Assembly: GCA_937921735.1 (NCBI GenBank)
Contig: CAKZTQ010000019.1
Span: 1 to 13,165 of the forward strand
Direction: 5' to 3'
Length of the DNA: 13,165 nucleotides
DNA from: an uncultured archaeon
Lineage (GTDB): Archaea > Hadarchaeota > Hadarchaeia > Hadarchaeales > Hadarchaeaceae
Made by a program: the position numbers and the translations under genes. Each line of letters starts with the position of its first letter. The first letter of the stretch is position 1. Below the pieces are notes generated by a model. That model made no database searches. It was given only the letters and a program-made list of their open reading frames with translations, and was not told the DNA's origin. Shown here piece by piece: positions 7,956 to 13,165 of the stretch.

Positions 7956-7969
7956 GAAAGGTTTAAGTA
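7956..7969 (+). promoter_or_regulatory. BRE/TATA promoter of the HD gene
   Basis: GAAAGGTTTAAGTA ends about 27 bp before ATG 7997, which fits a leaderless or short-leader transcript. Confidence 0.55.
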
Positions 7970-7996
7970 TCGCCACGAGAACCCTCCACGAGGCAC

Positions 7997-9304
7997 ATGC
8001 TGGTCAAGTACGTTCGAGACCCGATCCACGGCTACATAGGCATAACCGACGTCGAGAGGCAGGTCATGGACACCATGCCCGTCCAGCGGTTGCGCGGCAT
8101 AAGGCAGCTATCGATAACCCACATGACCTATCCGGGCGCCGACCACACCCGCTTCGCGCACGCCTTGGGCACGATGCACATCGCTGGGCAAATGGTCGAC
8201 CGCCTGAGGAGGAGCGTGGAGATCTCCGACGATGAATGGCAGATGGTCAGGCTGGCTGCCCTGCTACACGACGTGGGGCATGGGCCCTTCTCGCACTCCT
8301 CGGAGGAGATACTGGTCAAGTACCGGGGCCTGAACCACGAGCAGCTCGGGCGGGAGGTGGTGTTGAAGAGCGAGCTCGCCGATGTCCTCCGAGCCTGCGG
8401 CTTCGAGCCCACCGAAATAATCGAGCTAGCCTTCGGGAAGGAGACGAAGGGCAAGCGTTACCTGCGCCAGGTAACCGCTAGCCAGGTCGATGCGGACAAG
8501 CTGGATTTCCTCGTGAGGGACTCCTACTACACCGGCGTCGAGTACGGGCGCATAGACATCAGCAGGCTCGTGCAGGCGATGGACGTGGTCGGCGAGGACA
8601 TCGCCTTCGACCTCAAAGCTCTTTACGCGCTGGAGGCGTTCATGATCGCGCGCTACGAGATGTTCCTAGCGGTGTACTACCACCACTCCGTTCGGGCGGC
8701 GGAGATCCTCCTGCACAAGGCCATGGAGCACGGCCGCGAGCTCATAGGCCTGACGACGTTCGAGGGCATCGACGAGTTCCTTCGCATGGACGACGCCTAC
8801 GTGATGACGAAGCTGCGGGAGCTGGAGCCGGAAGAACTCGAGGAACCAGCTGAGCGCTCCCTCGCCGCCAGGGCGAGGGAGATGATGGCGAGGCTTGACA
8901 GGCGCGACCTCCCCAAGGTGGCCTACCAACGAGATGTGCACATCAAGGACCCGTACGTCGCGAGGCTGCTGAGCGACGAGGCGGTGAGGCACCAGAAGGA
9001 GCTGGAGATAGCCCGCGCGGCCGGCGTGGATCCGGAGCACATCGTCGTCGACGTCCCGACGCTGGACTCCATCCCCTATTACCCCCGCGAGATAGATCCT
9101 ATGGAGGTGCCCGTCTTCAGGGAGACCAGCTCCGGGGAGAAGGAGCCCGTCTCGCTCTCCAGCCACTCCAGGCTTATCAACGTGCTCAAGGGTTACGTCG
9201 ACATCATCCGAGTCTATACCTCCCGCGAGTATCGCAGGCAGGTGGAGGCGGCGGCGACGGAGGTCTTCAAGAGCCTGCCGTTCGCGGCGCAGATAAGCAT
9301 GTAG
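7997..9304 (+). CDS. HD-domain phosphohydrolase, SAMHD1/YwfO-like (putative dNTP triphosphohydrolase)
   Basis: RDPIHG, QRLRGIRQL, YPGADHTRFAH, LLHDVGHGPFSH, DADKLDFLVRD and VYYH. Confidence 0.92.
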   Translation: MLVKYVRDPIHGYIGITDVERQVMDTMPVQRLRGIRQLSITHMTYPGADHTRFAHALGTMHIAGQMVDRLRRSVEISDDEWQMVRLAALLHDVGHGPFSHSSEEILVKYRGLNHEQLGREVVLKSELADVLRACGFEPTEIIELAFGKETKGKRYLRQVTASQVDADKLDFLVRDSYYTGVEYGRIDISRLVQAMDVVGEDIAFDLKALYALEAFMIARYEMFLAVYYHHSVRAAEILLHKAMEHGRELIGLTTFEGIDEFLRMDDAYVMTKLRELEPEELEEPAERSLAARAREMMARLDRRDLPKVAYQRDVHIKDPYVARLLSDEAVRHQKELEIARAAGVDPEHIVVDVPTLDSIPYYPREIDPMEVPVFRETSSGEKEPVSLSSHSRLINVLKGYVDIIRVYTSREYRRQVEAAATEVFKSLPFAAQISM

Positions 9305-9905
9305 GCGGGCGCGGGCCGAGCGCCGCGTCCACGATCCTTCTTATCTCCGCTTGGACCTCCTCGATGGCTCGTGAGCCGTTCACCACCCTCAGCCCCTTTT
9401 GCCTCGCGAGGCGGAGGTAGTTGGCTCTAACCCTGCGCTGGAGCTCGGGGTCGCTCTCGAACTTGTCGAGCTTTCGCGAGCGCCTCATCCTCGTCAGCGC
9501 CACCTCGACGGGGACGTCGATGATGATCGTGAGGTCAGGCTTCATCGCGCCCCTGTTTATCGCCTCCACCCAGGGCATCGGCAGCCCCCGCGCGGATTGA
9601 TAGGCGAGGGAGGAATAGGTGTAGCGCTCGGTTATCACGACCTTGCCCGCATCGAGGGCCGGCTTTATCACCTCTGCTACGTGCTGCATCCTGTCCGCGG
9701 CGAAAAGCAGGGCCTCGGCCGCCACCGGTAGCTTGAGCTTCCCGCGAAGGGCTTGTTTGATGATCCTCCCTATGGGGCCGCCGGTAGGCTCGTCGGTGAC
9801 CACCGTCTCGTAGCCCTTGGAGCGGAGCCATTGGGAGAGTAGCCTGGCGTGCGTGCTCTTGCCGCAGCCGTCTATGCCCTCTATCGACAGGAGCTTTCCC
9901 GCCAT
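9267..9905 (-). CDS. tmk: Thymidylate kinase
   Basis: IEGIDGCGKST P-loop, TDEP, LLFAADR, ERYTYSSLAYQ and KPDLTIIID. Confidence 0.96.
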   Translation of the reverse strand: MAGKLLSIEGIDGCGKSTHARLLSQWLRSKGYETVVTDEPTGGPIGRIIKQALRGKLKLPVAAEALLFAADRMQHVAEVIKPALDAGKVVITERYTYSSLAYQSARGLPMPWVEAINRGAMKPDLTIIIDVPVEVALTRMRRSRKLDKFESDPELQRRVRANYLRLARQKGLRVVNGSRAIEEVQAEIRRIVDAALGPRPPTCLSAPRTAGS

Positions 9906-9949
9906 GTCGCTCGAGCTTGGAGGTGTCTTGGCGCCCTATTTACCTATCG

Positions 9950-11095
9950 CTACCGCACGGGCAGCGGGAGGCAGAGCAGGAAGATCACCAGCGCCCCCGC
10001 GGCCAGCCCCTTGTGGCTGTTCGAGAGCTCCGAGACGTCGTCGAGCGCGCCCCCGTGGTAGCCCCTGAAGAGGAGGAGGATGAGCAGCCCCCATATCAGG
10101 AAGGCGGGCCAGATGAAGCCCAGGAGCAACAGGCAGAGCCCCAGCATCACCGAGAGCTGGCGGTGTTTTTCCCTATCCAGGAGGCCCCTCGCCACGTGGC
10201 CGCCGTCGAGCTGCCCCGCCGGCATGAGGTTGAACATCGTCACCACCATTATCACCCAGCCGGCGAAGGCCAAGGGGTTGAGGTCCACGCCGGTCGGCAG
10301 GTAGCCGAACGCCAAGCGCTGGAGCAAGGCGAACGCTATGGGGGTCAGGATGAGGGGGGAGGCCTCGGGCTCGGGCTTGGAGAGCATGAGGCCGATGAAG
10401 GTGATGGGGAGGGCCACGAGGAACCCGAAGGCGGGGCCGCTGGCCCCCATCTCGACGAGCGCCTCCTTCGTGGGGATGGGGCTCTTCACCCTTATGAACG
10501 CCCCGAAGGTGCCGAGCAGGCTGGGCCCCGGGATGAAGTAGGGCATGGTCGCCTCCACGCGGTTGCGCCAGGCGGCGATCTTGTGGCCCAGCTCGTGCGC
10601 GCCCAACGTCAGCATGATGGCCGCGGAGAACAGCCCGGCGTGCGAAGGGCGGCCGAACAAAAAGTAGCCGGCCAAGAAGGTGGCGGCGATGGTGGCGAGG
10701 AGGAGCGCCAAGTTCACGAGCACGTTCTCCTTGCCCGCGGGGGGCCTTCGCGCCACCAGCAGCCTCAGCTCGCCATCCTTCCTCCTGAGCGCCGCGAGGT
10801 AACCCTTTTGCTCGAGCGCGTGGAGGAGCTCCCTGAACGAGCCCTTTACGTCGCGCGAGGTCACCTCCGCCTCCAGCCTCGCACCGTCGGCGGTGAAGTC
10901 GGCGATCTCGAATCGCTCGCCTATCGCCTCGAGGAGGTCCACGAGCTGCTCGGGCGCCTCGCGCGATACCACCGCCATGTCCCCACCGCACTTGGGGCAC
11001 TCGCCAAGCGCTAGGTCTCCGATCTCGCGGGAGGACATGCGATATTCCGCGTGCCCACACGCGAGGCACTTGAACTCAGCCGCGGGGTACCTCAT
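9950..11095 (-). CDS. Site-2 protease (M50 intramembrane Zn metalloprotease) with N-terminal Zn ribbon
   Basis: HELGH, PYFIP...GTFGAFI, GASGP and NLMPAGQLDGG. ATG 11095 follows a G-rich RBS (GGGGGAGGGGGG). Confidence 0.92.
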   Translation of the reverse strand: MRYPAAEFKCLACGHAEYRMSSREIGDLALGECPKCGGDMAVVSREAPEQLVDLLEAIGERFEIADFTADGARLEAEVTSRDVKGSFRELLHALEQKGYLAALRRKDGELRLLVARRPPAGKENVLVNLALLLATIAATFLAGYFLFGRPSHAGLFSAAIMLTLGAHELGHKIAAWRNRVEATMPYFIPGPSLLGTFGAFIRVKSPIPTKEALVEMGASGPAFGFLVALPITFIGLMLSKPEPEASPLILTPIAFALLQRLAFGYLPTGVDLNPLAFAGWVIMVVTMFNLMPAGQLDGGHVARGLLDREKHRQLSVMLGLCLLLLGFIWPAFLIWGLLILLLFRGYHGGALDDVSELSNSHKGLAAGALVIFLLCLPLPVR

Positions 11096-11168
11096 CCCCC
11101 CTCCCCCGGTAGCGCTCGCAGAGGGCAAGGCATCTCGAGACCTCGTATTAAACTCGACCTTCCACTAA

Positions 11169-11723
11169 TTAACCCTGCCACCGCCTGTAGAGCTCGTGCC
11201 CCACGCCCAGCACGTCGAGCACCTTGCCCACGACGAAGTCGACGAGGTCCGAGATGTGCTCGGGCTTGTGGTAGAAGGCGGGCATCGCCGGCAGGATCAC
11301 CGCCCCGGCGCGCGCCAGCCTCGCCATGTTCTCGATGTGGATGAGGTCGAGGGGCGTTTCGCGCGGCACCAGCACGAGGGGGCGGCGCTGCTTGAGCGCC
11401 ACGTCCGCCGCCCTGGCTATGAGGTCCGCCGTCACCCCGCTGGCTATCGCCCCCAGCGTCTTCATGCTGCAGGGCACGATCGCCATGCCGTCGCCTGGCG
11501 AGGAGCCGCTAGAGAGGGGCGCCGAGAGGTCCTCGGGCGAGTAGCTGCGCGTGGCCAGCTCGCTCACCTGCTCGCGGGTCTTGCCCAGCTCGAGCTCGAG
11601 GATGCGCTCGGCCGCGCGGGAGACGATGAGGTCGGTCTCTATGCCCAACTCCTTGCACACCTCCAGCAACCTGACGCCGTAGACGACGCCGCTGCAGCCG
11701 GTGATCGCCACCACTAGGCGCAT
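11169..11723 (-). CDS. ubiX: Flavin prenyltransferase UbiX
   Basis: VAITGCSG, SSGS, VPCSMKTL, RAADVALKQRR, PRETPL and PAMPAFYHKP. Confidence 0.95.
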   Translation of the reverse strand: MRLVVAITGCSGVVYGVRLLEVCKELGIETDLIVSRAAERILELELGKTREQVSELATRSYSPEDLSAPLSSGSSPGDGMAIVPCSMKTLGAIASGVTADLIARAADVALKQRRPLVLVPRETPLDLIHIENMARLARAGAVILPAMPAFYHKPEHISDLVDFVVGKVLDVLGVGHELYRRWQG

Positions 11724-11786
11724 GTTTCACCACCCTCAACTACTCCTCGCCTCATTTAAGGGGAGCGCATCAAGCCAACTTAGCGG

Positions 11787-11820
11787 TGTCCTATTTGTGA
11801 CACTGTCCTATTTGTGACAC
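11787..11820. repeat. Perfect 2 x 17-bp tandem repeat TGTCCTATTTGTGACAC with internal dyad TGTC-N8-GACA
   Basis: Copies at 11787-11803 and 11804-11820, in the divergent intergenic region between ubiX and the last ORF. Confidence 0.95.
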
Positions 11821-11848
11821 ACGCACCGCCGGCGGCGGGGGGCCGGAG

Positions 11849-11862
11849 CAACTTTTTTAAGG
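11849..11862 (+). promoter_or_regulatory. Possible TATA element for the terminal ORF
   Basis: CAACTTTTTTAAGG is an AT-rich island about 15-25 bp before ATG 11876. Confidence 0.4.
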
Positions 11863-11875
11863 CGCGGGTTTTTCG

Positions 11876-13165
11876 ATGGAGTTGGAGGCTGAACACCTGA
11901 CCGAGGGGCCCGCGCTGGCGCGCGAGGAGCGCGGCTCGGTACCTGAGCTCGCGGTGTTCGTCGTCCTAGTGCTCGTGTGCGCCTCGATAGCCGTGGCCAG
12001 CTTCCAGATGAGCGAGCACCGCCGGGTGAGCGCCACCCAGCAGTTGCTAGCTGCCGACGCGGTCAAGGCGGCGCTCGCCTCGCTCGAGGAGGAGCTGAAC
12101 TCGACGCTGCGCAGCGCGATCGTCGCCGCGATGCACGACGTAGGCCTCGCGGGCGGCAGCGGGGAGGAGGTGGAGCGGCTGACGAGGCTCTACCTGAATC
12201 GACGCATCTCGCTCGGCTGGAGGAGGGGCAACATGACGGTCGAGGTGCCGCTCGCCGACGAGAACAACTTGGTCTTCGAGTGGCGCCCCGACGGCGGCGT
12301 CGTTGCTAAGGGCTACCTCGCCGCGGAGGTGAGGCACATCATGGGGCCGGCGGCGCACGGCGTGGCTCTCGAGGCCTCTCCGCCACCGCGTTTTGAGCGC
12401 CTGAGGAGCGTCGCCCTCCGGCTCCTGCCTCAGGCCAGAGGCGCGGCCGATCTCGAGGGACTTGAGCGGGAGCTCAACTCGCTTTACTCGCAGGAAGGGC
12501 TGGTGCTCTCGCTCGAGCGAGGCGAGGACGAGGTTAGGGTAACGGTCGCCGACGTGCTGGCGGCGGCAAGCGTCTACGTGGGCTCCGGTAGGGGGCTGGT
12601 GCGCTACGTCGCCTCGAGCTCCTCGCTCGGTGGCGGGGGCGGCTCGAGCGGCGGCGGGGGAGGCGAGGGCGGAGGGGAGAACGGAGGAGGCGGCAGCGGC
12701 GGCGGAGGTGGGCAGGCGGGTCAGCCGTCCGCCTACGTTCGGGGCAGGGTGGTCGAGCGCTACACTGGCTTGCCCGTGTGGGACGTGTCGGTGACGCCGA
12801 CCATGACGAACTCGGGCTCCGGTGGCTGGCTCCTCTACTTCCCCACCTCGGGGGCCACCGACGTCGACGGTTGCTGGAGCATCCGCGTGATAGCGAACGG
12901 CTACGGCGCCTTCCCCACCTCTTGGTCGGCGAGCTTCAGTTTCTCGAAGTCCGGCTGGCTGGGGGCGTCGAGGAGCTTCTCGGGCACGGCGGCGTACCAA
13001 TATCCCGACACCCTCGTGCTCAGCCCCTCCGACGTCGGTACCGTGGAGCTGGAGAGGCTGAGCTACGGGAGCTTCACCCTGAGCCTAGCGAAGAACTTCT
13101 CGTATCTCTACGTTTATTGGGACCAGAGGGAACAGGTCTGGAAGACCTATACGCCCGCGACGAAC
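11876..13165 (+). CDS. Putative surface protein with class III (prepilin-like) signal, Gly linker and carboxypeptidase-regulatory-like beta-sandwich domain (3'-truncated)
   Basis: 430 codons open to the window end (absent from the track because there is no stop). Reads MELEAEHLTEGPALAREERG|SVPELAVFVVLVLVCASIAVASF, then a long helix and an alpha/beta domain, a Gly run, and VRGRVVERYTGLPV...TDVDGCWSI...FSKSGW. Confidence 0.8.
   Translation, partial: MELEAEHLTEGPALAREERGSVPELAVFVVLVLVCASIAVASFQMSEHRRVSATQQLLAADAVKAALASLEEELNSTLRSAIVAAMHDVGLAGGSGEEVERLTRLYLNRRISLGWRRGNMTVEVPLADENNLVFEWRPDGGVVAKGYLAAEVRHIMGPAAHGVALEASPPPRFERLRSVALRLLPQARGAADLEGLERELNSLYSQEGLVLSLERGEDEVRVTVADVLAAASVYVGSGRGLVRYVASSSSLGGGGGSSGGGGGEGGGENGGGGSGGGGGQAGQPSAYVRGRVVERYTGLPVWDVSVTPTMTNSGSGGWLLYFPTSGATDVDGCWSIRVIANGYGAFPTSWSASFSFSKSGWLGASRSFSGTAAYQYPDTLVLSPSDVGTVELERLSYGSFTLSLAKNFSYLYVYWDQREQVWKTYTPATN
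12629..12712 (+). repeat. Low-complexity glycine-rich linker (22 of 28 codons Gly)
   Basis: Encodes GGGGGSSGGGGGEGGGENGGGGSGGGGG using mixed GGN codons. Confidence 0.9.

Noticed and set aside
9917-11014. 365-aa ORF antisense to the site-2 protease (and 10173-11069 on -)
   Set aside because: Shadow frames of a well-supported gene with no motifs.
11787-11820. CRISPR mini-array
   Set aside because: Only two 17-bp copies, directly adjacent with no spacer, and no cas genes.
12629-12720. G-quadruplex or slippage tract
   Set aside because: Explained by poly-Gly coding; mixed codons and homopolymers of at most 5 G argue against a phase-variation tract.
12047-13000. 317-aa minus-strand ORF (and 11977-12309 on +)
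   Set aside because: Shadows of the open + frame from 11876, which has a coherent signal, linker and domain structure.

Overview
Archaeal, GC-rich, very compact window (probably Euryarchaeota-like; Hadarchaea-like is only a guess) made mostly of housekeeping genes. In order: 3' part of radA; a minus-strand unit of UPF0148 Zn-finger, small winged-helix protein and CAAX/Abi-type intramembrane protease; UPF0147; a class II aldolase; a hypothetical protein; 6-phospho-3-hexuloisomerase; TrkH; srp54-rpl21e-rpoF-DUF655; a SAMHD1-like HD hydrolase; tmk; a site-2 protease with an N-terminal Zn ribbon; and ubiX. The right end holds a truncated ORF (11876 to >13165, missing from the ORF track) with a class III (prepilin-like) signal, a 28-residue Gly linker and a predicted beta-sandwich domain. 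It is preceded by a perfect 17-bp tandem repeat with internal dyad symmetry. I saw no RNA genes, CRISPR arrays or transposases. All family calls come from motif recognition by eye, with no database searches.
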